Below the pieces are notes generated by a model, which did not search any database, was not told the DNA's origin, and saw nothing but the letters and a program-made list of their open reading frames with translations. The position numbers and the translations under genes are program-made. Of a DNA stretch of 64,000 nt, positions 1 to 8,690 are shown one piece after another (the first letter of the stretch is position 1; every line of letters starts with the position of its first letter). The stretch spans positions 188,265-252,264 of the forward strand of contig DASZXC010000008.1 of assembly GCA_035546035.1 (NCBI GenBank), given 5' to 3'. Source of the stretch: Minisyncoccota bacterium (GTDB taxonomy: Bacteria > Patescibacteriota > Minisyncoccia > Phycocordibacterales > UBA6065).

Positions 1-1091
1 GAAACGCCTGCGTGCTCGAAATATTCTATGAATGATTCGAAATGCTGGGTCGCGAGTATCTCCGTCGGGGCCATGTATGCGACCTGGAGGGCGCCGTAGT
101 CTTTGCCGTTAGGCCTGGTCATGATCGCGGCATACGCTGTCGTAGCAGCGACAGCCGTCTTGCCCGAGCCCACGTCGCCTTCAAGGAGGCGCGACATGGC
201 ATGCCCCTTTTTAAAATCGTTCATGATGTCCGCGACCGACCGCGACTGAGCATCGGTGAACGGAAAAGGGAATCGAGACACGAATTTCTGCATCAGCTCC
301 TGCTTCGGCTCGATGACGAATGCGAGATTCTTCTGCCACGCCTTTCGTTCGCGCTGGCGCTCGAGCTGGATAAAGAATACCTCTTCGAATGCGAAGCGCT
401 TTCGTGCCGCGGCCGCGTCATCGGCATTTTGCGGAGCATGGATCCATACGAGGGCGGTCGTCAGAGAGGGGAGATTGTATTTTTTGAGGATGTCTTCGGG
501 CAAAGGATCGGCGAGCGTATCGAGGATGCCGCTTTTAAAGACAGCCTGGATCTTATGATATATCCAGTCAGACGAAACGCCGCGCGATTCGGGGTATACG
601 GGGTATAACGTGCGCGCGCCGCCGTCTTTTCCAAAAAGAGAATCACCGACAGCCGTCGGAAGCTCGGACACCTGCTCTATCTTCGGATTCGAGAGATATA
701 AGTCGCCGTCTGTCGCGCCTGACCGCGCGCGTCTTTGAGAGACCTTTCCTTCGATGCGGACCATCGCTCCGTCAGGGATCATTTTGGCAAGGTACGGCTG
801 ATTGAACCAGACGGCTTTGATCGAGCCCGAACCGTCGTCTATGATGCCGTCAGCCATGGCGATCTTGGTACGGAAGCCTTTCGATGTCTTCAGTTTCGAT
901 ATCGTGCCGAAGATGACGGCCGCATCGCCTTTGCGGAGGCTCTCGATATTGCGCGATTCAGCCGTATCGCCATATCTGACGGGGAAGTGGCAGAGGAGAT
1001 CTTCAATGGTCTTTATTCCAAGACGCTTGAGGGCCGCTTTGACGGGACCCTGCAATCGGAACTGCTCTTCCAGGATATGGCTCAAATTCAC
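1..1091 (-). CDS. recG: ATP-dependent DNA helicase RecG (5' part; gene continues past window start)
   Basis: Minus-strand translation gives ...LGIKTIEDLLCHFPVRYGD (RecG wedge-domain N-terminus) and later the Walker A motif GDVGSGKT. One frame stays open from about 1091 to position 1. The plus-strand ORFs in the track look spurious (R-rich). Start at GTG 1089-1091 is approximate. Confidence 0.7.
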   Translation of the reverse strand, partial: MNLSHILEEQFRLQGPVKAALKRLGIKTIEDLLCHFPVRYGDTAESRNIESLRKGDAAVIFGTISKLKTSKGFRTKIAMADGIIDDGSGSIKAVWFNQPYLAKMIPDGAMVRIEGKVSQRRARSGATDGDLYLSNPKIEQVSELPTAVGDSLFGKDGGARTLYPVYPESRGVSSDWIYHKIQAVFKSGILDTLADPLPEDILKKYNLPSLTTALVWIHAPQNADDAAAARKRFAFEEVFFIQLERQRERKAWQKNLAFVIEPKQELMQKFVSRFPFPFTDAQSRSVADIMNDFKKGHAMSRLLEGDVGSGKTAVAATTAYAAIMTRPNGKDYGALQVAYMAPTEILATQHFESFIEYFEHAGV

Positions 1092-1116
1092 GGGGTAATT
1101 GTATATGCGCGGAGCA

Positions 1117-1150
1117 TTAAACAAAAGAGCCGCTGTGCGGCTCTTTTGCC
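1117..1150. terminator. bidirectional hairpin terminator (AAGAGCCGC-tgt-GCGGCTCTT with flanking A/T runs)
   Basis: Perfect 9-bp stem followed by TTTTG on the plus strand and TTTGTTT on the minus strand. It lies downstream of the 1166..1408(-) small protein and upstream of the recG start. Confidence 0.5.
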
Positions 1151-1165
1151 CTGTCCGGAATCAAT

Positions 1166-1408
1166 CTAGTAGACGTTCACCGATCCGTTGGCGCTCGTTC
1201 CTGAAGCAGCTCCCGGACACTGCGCAAACTCGCAGTTGGGACCGGTTCGACCGACAGAGCTGCCGTCGGGGCAGAGCTTGGCGTCCATGGTGCAGAAGAC
1301 CTGTTCCTGCGTATTACTGGGACGCGTGGTCGCATAATAGGCCCAGATCCCTCCGCCTATGATGAGCGCCGCCACTATCGTTATTATCGCTGTTTTCATA
1401 TCGTTCAT
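1166..1408 (-). CDS. small Cys-rich membrane-anchored/secreted protein (hypothetical)
   Basis: 80-aa ORF with an N-terminal hydrophobic helix (AIITIVAALIIGGGIWAYY) followed by 4 Cys (CTMDAKLCPDG...CEFAQCPG). Confidence 0.45.
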   Translation of the reverse strand: MNDMKTAIITIVAALIIGGGIWAYYATTRPSNTQEQVFCTMDAKLCPDGSSVGRTGPNCEFAQCPGAASGTSANGSVNVY

Positions 1409-1409
1409 A

Positions 1410-2243
1410 TTACGCTTCGTATCCGCTTTTTGTTTTCTTCATGAAGCCTTCGCGGACGAGGGCGGCGATATTTTTCTCTATGTCATGAGGCGTGTCACCG
1501 ATTTTTGTCGCGATATATTTTTTTATATCGACCTTGGTCCGGGCTCCGCCGAGTACGAATCGCACGATAGCGGCGCGGATTTCGCGGTTGGAGCCTTTGA
1601 ACGCAGACTGCTTGACGTGATGCTTGCTCCGGCGAGAAGGGTTTGGAAGCGTCTGTTTGAGGTGCGCGCCATAATCCATGAGGGCATAATACCAAGAGCG
1701 AGGATCTTTTCGGTCCAGGGTTTCTTCTATGAGAGGCAATATCTTTGCGTCAGGCACCTTCTTTTTATCTTTAAAAAAGCAATGAAGAAAGACGGCGCGG
1801 ATGTTTGTCTCTATGAATACGCTCGGAATGCCATACGCGAATGCGAGGATAGCACCGCGGGTAGACTGGCCTATGCCGGGGAGTGATTCCAATTCGTCTG
1901 CACCGCGCGGAAATGCGCCGTTATGGTCGCGGACGACGGATTCGGCCGCGCGCTTCAGGAGAAGCGCGCGGCGATTGTATCCTAGGCCTTGCCATGCACG
2001 CAGGACCTGCGCCGCCGTCGCTCCGGCGAGCGCTTCCGCATCGGGAAACTCCTTCAGGAACTCGTCGTATCTCTTCAGGACCCGCGATACCTGGGTCTGC
2101 TGGAGCATCATTTCGGAGACGAATATCCGATACGGGTCGCGGAAGCCGTTCGAATCGGCAGGCAGGTCTCTCCACGGCAGATCGTGCCTGCCGCTCTTCC
2201 TGAAATAATCCATAACTAGCGATTTAAACCTTTGCCTATCCAT
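1410..2243 (-). CDS. HhH-GPD superfamily DNA glycosylase (endonuclease III / MutY-like)
   Basis: LPWR motif near the N-terminus and HhH-GPD motifs (LESLPGIGQSTRGAILAFAYG). No C-terminal Cys cluster is visible. Confidence 0.8.
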   Translation of the reverse strand: MDRQRFKSLVMDYFRKSGRHDLPWRDLPADSNGFRDPYRIFVSEMMLQQTQVSRVLKRYDEFLKEFPDAEALAGATAAQVLRAWQGLGYNRRALLLKRAAESVVRDHNGAFPRGADELESLPGIGQSTRGAILAFAYGIPSVFIETNIRAVFLHCFFKDKKKVPDAKILPLIEETLDRKDPRSWYYALMDYGAHLKQTLPNPSRRSKHHVKQSAFKGSNREIRAAIVRFVLGGARTKVDIKKYIATKIGDTPHDIEKNIAALVREGFMKKTKSGYEA

Positions 2244-2281
2244 GTTCGTACTATATCATTAGAGGGTTTCTTCAAAACGAT

Positions 2282-3067
2282 ATGATCAAAGTAAACAACC
2301 TTATAAAGAAATTCGGGGACTTCACCGCCGTGGACGGCATATCATTCGATGTGGCTGCGGGGGAGATCTTCGCGTTTCTCGGCCCGAACGGCGCAGGCAA
2401 GTCCACGACCATTAAGATACTGACGACGCTCCTTCATCCGACGTCCGGCGATGTCGCTATAAACGGCCATGACCCGGTCCATCATCCGGATTCCGCCCGC
2501 CGATCCTTCGGCATCGTGTTCCAGGACCCGTCTACCGATGACGATCTCACCGCATGGGAGAACATGGATCTCCATGGCGTCCTCTATGACGTTCCCGACG
2601 ATATCCGCCGCAAGCGCATCGAAGAGCTCCTCAAGCTTGTCGACCTCTATGACCGCAAGGACAGCCCGGTAAAGGAGTTCTCCGGCGGCATGAAGCGCAG
2701 GCTCGAGATCGCCCGCGGCTTCCTCCATCATCCGAAGATCATATTCCTCGACGAGCCGACGCTCGGTCTCGATCCCCAGACGCGCAACCATATGTGGGAA
2801 TACCTGCGCCAGCTCAACAAGAACGAGGGCACCACGATCTTCTTCACCACCCATTATATGGAAGAAGCCGACCGCGCGGCCCAGAGGATCGCGGTTATAG
2901 ACCACGGCAAGATTATCGCCACAGGCACATCCGATGACCTCAAGAGCCAGACCAACTCAAAATCGCTCGAAGACGCGTTCCTCGCCCTCACCGGAAAGAC
3001 CATCCGCGAGCAGGGCGCCGACAATATGGCGTATGCGGCGATGCGAAGCATGAGAAGAGGACGCTAA
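2282..3067 (+). CDS. ABC transporter ATP-binding protein
   Basis: Walker A GPNGAGKST, ABC signature LSGGMKRRLEIA, Walker B IIFLDEPT. Confidence 0.85.
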   Translation: MIKVNNLIKKFGDFTAVDGISFDVAAGEIFAFLGPNGAGKSTTIKILTTLLHPTSGDVAINGHDPVHHPDSARRSFGIVFQDPSTDDDLTAWENMDLHGVLYDVPDDIRRKRIEELLKLVDLYDRKDSPVKEFSGGMKRRLEIARGFLHHPKIIFLDEPTLGLDPQTRNHMWEYLRQLNKNEGTTIFFTTHYMEEADRAAQRIAVIDHGKIIATGTSDDLKSQTNSKSLEDAFLALTGKTIREQGADNMAYAAMRSMRRGR

Positions 3068-3078
3068 ACGGAAATACA

Positions 3079-3825
3079 ATGAAAAAGATATACATACTTT
3101 GGCTCCGACAGGTTAAAAAATATTTCCGCTCGAAATCGCGCATCGCCGGGTCGCTTTTCCAGCCGATCCTCTACATGCTCGCGATGGGATACGGCCTCGG
3201 CTCGGTGTTCCAGCAGGCAGGACAGGGCAATTACATCGAATTCCTCGTTCCCGGCATCGTGGGCATGAATATCATATTCACGAGCATGTTCTCCGGCATG
3301 GAAGTGATCTGGGACCGTCAGTTCGGCTTCCTGAAAGAGACGCTCGTCGCGCCGATGTCGCGATTCAATATCATGCTCGGCAGGACGCTCGGCTCCGCGA
3401 CCATCGCGGCGGGGCAGGGGCTCGTCGTGCTCCTTTTGGCGACGCTTCTCGGCTTCCGCCTCGAAAATTGGCTCATGATCGTCCCGGCATTCCTCATCAT
3501 GTTCGTCATATCCCTTCTCTTCACGTCGCTCTCGACCATGATCGGTTCGGTACTGAAAGATATGCAGGGATTCCAAGCCGTCATGAACTTCCTCATCATG
3601 CCGCTATTCCTTCTGTCGGGCGCGATGTTCCCGCTGACCAATCTGCCGAAGCTGCTCCAGTTCGCTACCAATATCGACCCGCTCTCGTACGGCATCGACG
3701 CTATGCGCGCCGTGCTTATCGATCAAGGGCATTTCAGTCTGACCCTCTCCGCTTCAGTCCTCTCTGTGCTCGCTGTCGCATTCTTGTTCCTGGGCGCTCA
3801 TTATTTCAAGAAGATAGAGATATAG
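3079..3825 (+). CDS. ABC-2 family transporter permease
   Basis: Multi-TM protein immediately downstream of the ATPase, with an ABC-2-type hydrophobic profile. Confidence 0.75.
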   Translation: MKKIYILWLRQVKKYFRSKSRIAGSLFQPILYMLAMGYGLGSVFQQAGQGNYIEFLVPGIVGMNIIFTSMFSGMEVIWDRQFGFLKETLVAPMSRFNIMLGRTLGSATIAAGQGLVVLLLATLLGFRLENWLMIVPAFLIMFVISLLFTSLSTMIGSVLKDMQGFQAVMNFLIMPLFLLSGAMFPLTNLPKLLQFATNIDPLSYGIDAMRAVLIDQGHFSLTLSASVLSVLAVAFLFLGAHYFKKIEI

Positions 3826-3860
3826 GAAAGAGAGCGCCGGTATGGTATCGTCTCTTTTAC

Positions 3861-3949
3861 GGAGACGTGGCTGAGTGGTCGAAAGCGGCACCGTGCTAAG
3901 GTGTTAACCGGGTAAAACTGGTTCCAGGGTTCGAATCCCTGCGTCTCCG
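3861..3949 (+). tRNA. tRNA-Ser (anticodon GCT)
   Basis: Acceptor stem GGAGACG/CGTCTCC, anticodon stem GCACC/GGTGT with loop GTGCTAA (anticodon GCT), long variable arm, T-arm CCAGGGTTCGAATCCCTG. Confidence 0.8.
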
Positions 3950-4068
3950 CATTGACAACTTAGTATCGGCATGACCTAATATCTTTTGATAGAAGGGCGA
4001 CCCGAGTGCTCGGTTGGAAGACAAAAAGAGCGGATCAGTCCGCTCTTTTTGTTTGCTATACTTTTCAC

Positions 4069-5091
4069 ATGATTACCATCTCTCGCCCAACACCAGAAGA
4101 CGCAGAAGGCATGAATGAGGTCATCAAGCTCTCGTGGTATGCGACCTACGTCACTCCCGAGATAGGTGTCACAAAAGAAGATATCGACCTCATGTATGCG
4201 AAAAGCGAGAAGGGTCAGATGGAAGCGTTCCGCCGCCGAGCCGGACTCTCGAAGAATGACGACATCACGCTCGTCGCAAAGGGCGGCGAGAAGGTTATTG
4301 GCATCATCCGTCTCGTTGATTTTCCCGATCACATTCGGGTAAGAACACTCTATGTGCATCCTCTGCATGTAGGAAAAGGAATCGGGACAAAATTATGGAA
4401 TGAGGCCATCAGACTGATGCCTTCCTACAAGCCCGTGATCACGTATCCTGCCGAGCACACCAAATCAGTCGATTGGTACAAGAAGATGGGTTTTGTCGAG
4501 ACGGGCGAAAAGCTTGTGGGCCAAGAATCAATGGAGAAAAGCGCCGCGAGACTGGTCGGGATAAAAATGATATTTAAGCGGACAATAGAAAGGATCCTGG
4601 TCATGGGAAGGTCGGGATCAGGAAAGTCGATATTGGCTGGAAGGCTCGGAGAGAAATTCGGCCTGCCCGTCTTTCATATGGATAGACTGTTCTGGCTCCC
4701 TGGCTGGGTCGAGCGTCCGAAGACAGAGATGGCTATCGATGTCGAGAAGATATTGGTAGATAACAAAGGCTGGGTCATCGATGGCAATTACAGGCGCGTC
4801 GCTCTGGAGTCCCGCATTCGCGCCGCTGACCTCATCATCATTCTCGACTTCGGTTTCCTCGTATCGATCTGGAGAGTGCTGAAAAGGAACATCATCCATT
4901 GGAACAAGACGAGGCCAGACATGCAGGACGACTGCGTCGAGAGGTTCAACTTCGAGTTCGTGAAATACATCTGGACGTACCCGGAGAGGACGCTTCGGCC
5001 TATTGAGAATGATCTGTCACGCTTCCCGGAGAAGACCGTGTTGAGGTTCAATAGCCAGCGTGCGCTCGATAGGTGGATGAAGAGTTTATAG
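4069..5091 (+). CDS. GNAT acetyltransferase fused to a P-loop NTPase/kinase domain (adenylate-kinase/FlaR-like)
   Basis: N-terminal GNAT motifs (VIGIIRLV...HVGKGIGTKLWNEA) and a C-terminal Walker A VMGRSGSGKSILAGRL. The track ORF starts at 4006; the ATG at 4069 (MITISRP) is more plausible. Confidence 0.55.
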   Translation: MITISRPTPEDAEGMNEVIKLSWYATYVTPEIGVTKEDIDLMYAKSEKGQMEAFRRRAGLSKNDDITLVAKGGEKVIGIIRLVDFPDHIRVRTLYVHPLHVGKGIGTKLWNEAIRLMPSYKPVITYPAEHTKSVDWYKKMGFVETGEKLVGQESMEKSAARLVGIKMIFKRTIERILVMGRSGSGKSILAGRLGEKFGLPVFHMDRLFWLPGWVERPKTEMAIDVEKILVDNKGWVIDGNYRRVALESRIRAADLIIILDFGFLVSIWRVLKRNIIHWNKTRPDMQDDCVERFNFEFVKYIWTYPERTLRPIENDLSRFPEKTVLRFNSQRALDRWMKSL

Positions 5092-5097
5092 CACCCA

Positions 5098-6294
5098 TTG
5101 GGCTATAATGGCCCCATGATCAAAGTCGGTCAAAAAGACAGCCTCCTTATTCTGACCTATTCCCCGAGGGCACCTTGGGTTTTGAGTGGGTTTGAGAGAG
5201 CTGATGAAGTCTCCATAAAAAATGGGATTTTCACATTCTTTAAAAGTGACTTGTATTCGCCTGATCGCATAGATGAGGACGAAAGCGAGGTCGAGTTCGT
5301 CATTGGCCGCACGGAGGGCGACTACTTCAAAATCGAGCCGAGAATCCTGGGTATTAAACAGAGGATCTATATCCATAAAAGTATGGATATAACCGACCGC
5401 TTCTTCGTGGTCGCGAGCGATATTTCCATTTTCAAGAAAATAGCGGAGGTCGTCAGCGAGGACATATACATCGGCGGAGACGCGCCGACCTCGTTACCCG
5501 AGAGCGAGTTCCGAAAGCTCCTCAAAGATTTTCCCAATCCTTATGAGGTCAAGAAATACGTTCATGCCCGCATCGGTTCGGTCCTGAGCAACTATTACGA
5601 CTCCGCCTCGGACGTAGAGGAGAAATACGACCGCTACATGAACAAGCGCAAGAGCGTGAAGAGCGAAGACCTCCTGGAGGAGTTCAAGCAAGACGAGCTC
5701 GTAAAATACCAGACGTTGCTCGATAGGCTTCAAGTGATGCTCGAGCGCGAGACCGCCTATAACGAGAAGCAGTGGCAGAACGAGATCCTCGACATCATCC
5801 TGCTCCTCTATCCGAAATACCTCTTCGCGTTCAAGGAGGCTCCTGTGCGGGACGCTTACAACGAGAAAGACAGGCAGCTCGATTTCCTCCTCGTCGACGC
5901 GAACGGGAGCATTGATATCGTCGAGATAAAGCGGCCGCTCGGCAAGCAGATAATCACCCAGGGCAAGTATCGCGATAACCACATACCCCTTCGTGATCTG
6001 TCGGGCACGGTGATGCAGATCGAGAAGTATATCTTTCACCTTAACAAATCAGGCAAGAAGGGTGAAGAAAAGCTGACCGAGAAATACAAGGATAAGCTTC
6101 CGAAGGATTTCAAGATCAAGATCATAAACCCGTGCGGCATGATCATCATGGGCAGGGACAATGACCTGTCGACGGCCCAGAAGGAGGATCTCGAGGTCGT
6201 GAAGAGGAAATATAAGAGCGTGATCGATATCATCACGTACGACGACCTTTTGAGGCGTCTGAAAGCGATGATCGCCGCCATTAAAAAGCGTTAG
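5098..6294 (+). CDS. Shedu-like DUF4263 nuclease-fold protein (candidate anti-phage defence protein)
   Basis: C-terminal region carries a PD-(D/E)xK-like core DFLLVDANGSIDIVEIKRP ... QIEKY and a C-terminal IIMGRD...ITYDDLL pattern typical of DUF4263/SduA. It lies right after the tRNA integration hotspot. Confidence 0.5.
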   Translation: MGYNGPMIKVGQKDSLLILTYSPRAPWVLSGFERADEVSIKNGIFTFFKSDLYSPDRIDEDESEVEFVIGRTEGDYFKIEPRILGIKQRIYIHKSMDITDRFFVVASDISIFKKIAEVVSEDIYIGGDAPTSLPESEFRKLLKDFPNPYEVKKYVHARIGSVLSNYYDSASDVEEKYDRYMNKRKSVKSEDLLEEFKQDELVKYQTLLDRLQVMLERETAYNEKQWQNEILDIILLLYPKYLFAFKEAPVRDAYNEKDRQLDFLLVDANGSIDIVEIKRPLGKQIITQGKYRDNHIPLRDLSGTVMQIEKYIFHLNKSGKKGEEKLTEKYKDKLPKDFKIKIINPCGMIIMGRDNDLSTAQKEDLEVVKRKYKSVIDIITYDDLLRRLKAMIAAIKKR

Positions 6295-6326
6295 CAATTA
6301 CGTTTCGGTCAAGTTATAGTTATTCC

Positions 6327-6938
6327 ATGATCTGGATCGTAATCGCCGCCGCCGTCGTCTGGTGGATATATAAGCAGCGCAACACGCCTAAACAAGCGCA
6401 GGTGGTAGAGGACGTTCCCTTGTTAAAAGATGAAGGGATAAGCGAAGAAGCCGTACTTCAGGCGCAGACGAGCTTTGAGAAGAATCTCGAAGACACTTTT
6501 CTGCCCGATGCCATCACACGAAGGGATCTGTATATCTATCGCAAGCTCATGCGGGTCTGGTTCGCGAAGCTCGCAGGAGAGAACCGATTCGACGAGACGA
6601 TGACGCAAAAACTGAGGAGAGACTGGCTCGATTACATGTACGCGTTGCGAGACGCCAAGACGTCACACTACCTCTCGATGGAGACGTACGGCGAAGACAA
6701 GGAGAGGTCGGATTCGTACGACCAGGAAAGCACGATCGCTCACAGAAAAGCGTTCGCTATCGAGGACGGCTTTGCTTTTGCCGTAGGAAAAGAGGCGGTC
6801 GCTGAACTTGCCCGTATACGCGCCCTCGAATTTAGCGAGATAAGCAGAGACGGGGAACTCGCCCCGGATGGCATGGAGTTCGATTTCGAAGACAAGCCCC
6901 GCCGTAAGAAGAAAGCGAAGCCGTCTAAGATGGTCTAG
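6327..6938 (+). CDS. hypothetical membrane-anchored protein
   Basis: 203-aa ORF with an N-terminal TM helix (IWIVIAAAVVWWIY), an acidic soluble domain and a basic C-terminal tail. Confidence 0.4.
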   Translation: MIWIVIAAAVVWWIYKQRNTPKQAQVVEDVPLLKDEGISEEAVLQAQTSFEKNLEDTFLPDAITRRDLYIYRKLMRVWFAKLAGENRFDETMTQKLRRDWLDYMYALRDAKTSHYLSMETYGEDKERSDSYDQESTIAHRKAFAIEDGFAFAVGKEAVAELARIRALEFSEISRDGELAPDGMEFDFEDKPRRKKKAKPSKMV

Positions 6939-6941
6939 CTC

Positions 6942-7409
6942 CTATTGCCTGATAAATTCGGTTAGGAGCACAACATATTTTTCCTGAAGTTCTTTCGATA
7001 CCAGATCCTCTGATAATTTTGTTGGCACCGCTTCTGTTTTTATGAGATCCGTGCACTTGTCAAAATAGAACCCCGCAGGCGTCGCTATAAATATCCACGC
7101 GAGCTTCCACCTGTCACAGATAGCCTGAGCGTTCTTTTGGATGTCGTCCATATCGACCCTTGATCGATACTTCACTTCGACGAGTGATACCTCTTTCGGC
7201 TCGTGCGACACGAGGGCGAAGTCGGGAGCATTCCGTATATTATCGAGGATGCTCCTGTCGAGGCCTTTGGTGTATTGCATGAGCTCTGGCACGACGGACT
7301 CATAGCCGAAAGGGATGACCGTATACTCTCCGGCTTCGCGGAACATCTGGTCGAACACGAGCTCGGCGATCTTGCCCTTGATGAGCTGCTTTGAGAAGTC
7401 TTTTTGCAT
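6942..7409 (-). CDS. hypothetical protein with a PD-(D/E)xK-like motif (restriction-endonuclease-like fold?)
   Basis: Motif PDFALVSHEPKEVSLVEVKYRS (D...E-x-K). The track ORF extends to 7481, but that stretch overlaps the IS256 left inverted repeat. Start taken at the internal ATG (MQKDFSK); the IS may have truncated the true N-terminus. Confidence 0.4.
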   Translation of the reverse strand: MQKDFSKQLIKGKIAELVFDQMFREAGEYTVIPFGYESVVPELMQYTKGLDRSILDNIRNAPDFALVSHEPKEVSLVEVKYRSRVDMDDIQKNAQAICDRWKLAWIFIATPAGFYFDKCTDLIKTEAVPTKLSEDLVSKELQEKYVVLLTEFIRQ

Positions 7410-7440
7410 GGAATCATTGTATCGCTTAATGTCGGGATCG

Positions 7441-8647
7441 GATACCGAATCTTTGACGCGGGCATAACCACAAACAACCATGAAAACAATGCTCTCATAC
7501 GCAGAATATCAGCGAAAAATAAGGTCCATCCGCACTCCCGAAGATGCCAAAGCGTTCGCCGAGGAACTCATTGCACCGGCAGAGGCAGTCGAAGAAAAGC
7601 CTCCTGTAGCGGTCGCGATCGAGCCTAAGCGCCCTGAACCGATCCAAGTCGAAGCACCTCGGAGGGAAAAGGATGTCGACGTGGCATCGACTCCCTGGTA
7701 TGACATCGCAGGAAACGACAACGAGGCAATGGTCATTACACTATACGCCAAAGGCCTCACGACCCGCGACATCTCAAGCTACATGAAACTCCATCATGGA
7801 GCGGACATCTCACAGCCAGGAATATCAGCCATAACCGACAAGGTGTTTCCACTGGTCAAAGAGTGGCAATCCCGCCCGCTCTCATCCTGCTATCCCGTCG
7901 TATACATGGACGGGCTCCACTTCAAGGTACGAGAGGCGGGAAAGATATCGTCCAAGGTTGCATACATCGCTCTCGGCATCAACCAGTACGGGTACAGGGA
8001 GATCCTTGGTATATGGATCTCCGAGAGCGAGGGCTCAAAGTTCTGGCTCCACGTCATGAACGACATGAAGAACAGGGGCGTAGAGGATGTCATATTCGCC
8101 TGTATCGACGGCTTAAGGGGCTTTCCGGAGGCCGTGAAGGCAGTATTCCCCGAGACGGACGTACAAGTATGCATTGTCCATCAGATACGCCATACCATCA
8201 TGTTCATTCCTTTCAAAGATCGAGAGGAATTCTGCGCCGATCTCAAAGAGGTGTATACAGCTCCGAGCGAGGAAGCAGGAATGCAGGCACTCAAAGACAT
8301 GATGTCGAGGTGGCCCCGCTATGCCATGTATCTCAAATCTTGGGAGCAGAAGTGGCACGATCTCGCGCCCTTCTTCAGCTTCCCTGAAGCCATCCGCCGC
8401 ATCATATACACTACGAACACGATAGAGAATCTCAATCGGCAGTTTAGGAAGGTGACGAAGACCACGACGGTCTTCCCGCATGACGATGCACTACTCAAGC
8501 TCCTCTGGCTCGCCCAGGCCGACATCACGCAGAACTGGACTTTAGCTACGAGAAACTGGGCCGAAGTGATGGCCCAGCTCTCGATCCTTTATCCCGACCG
8601 CATCCGCATCTAAAGATTAACACATAGCCCGCGGCAAACTCGGTATC
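7441..8647 (+). mobile_element. IS256-family insertion sequence (about 1.2 kb) with imperfect terminal inverted repeats
   Basis: Left end GATACCGAATCTTTGACGCGGGCAT (7441-7465) against the reverse complement of the right end ATAGCCCGCGGCAAACTCGGTATC (8624-8647): GATACCGA..GCGGGC match. Encloses one Mutator/IS256-type transposase. Confidence 0.5.
7480..8613 (+). CDS. IS256-family transposase
   Basis: 377 aa with a conserved IS256/Mutator core: VVYMDGLHFKVRE...YIALGINQYGYREILG...VIFACIDGLRGF...CIVHQIRHT. Confidence 0.85.
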   Translation: MKTMLSYAEYQRKIRSIRTPEDAKAFAEELIAPAEAVEEKPPVAVAIEPKRPEPIQVEAPRREKDVDVASTPWYDIAGNDNEAMVITLYAKGLTTRDISSYMKLHHGADISQPGISAITDKVFPLVKEWQSRPLSSCYPVVYMDGLHFKVREAGKISSKVAYIALGINQYGYREILGIWISESEGSKFWLHVMNDMKNRGVEDVIFACIDGLRGFPEAVKAVFPETDVQVCIVHQIRHTIMFIPFKDREEFCADLKEVYTAPSEEAGMQALKDMMSRWPRYAMYLKSWEQKWHDLAPFFSFPEAIRRIIYTTNTIENLNRQFRKVTKTTTVFPHDDALLKLLWLAQADITQNWTLATRNWAEVMAQLSILYPDRIRI

Positions 8648-8648
8648 T

Positions 8649-8672
8649 GCAAAGGCCGCATGCGGCCTTTGC
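8649..8672. terminator. perfect 12-bp palindromic hairpin GCAAAGGCCGCA/TGCGGCCTTTGC
   Basis: Sits between the converging transposase (ends 8613) and the APH-like gene (ends 8691). No strong U-tract. Confidence 0.4.
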
Positions 8673-8690
8673 TAGTCTGGGTGAGGTCGA

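Noticed and set aside
42-1169. Plus-strand ORFs 42..608, 256..558, 735..1169, 802..1098 offered by the ORF track
   Set aside because: Their translations are Arg-rich with no motifs. The opposite strand gives a continuous RecG-like protein with a wedge motif and Walker A across the whole region, so the plus-strand ORFs are shadow ORFs of recG.
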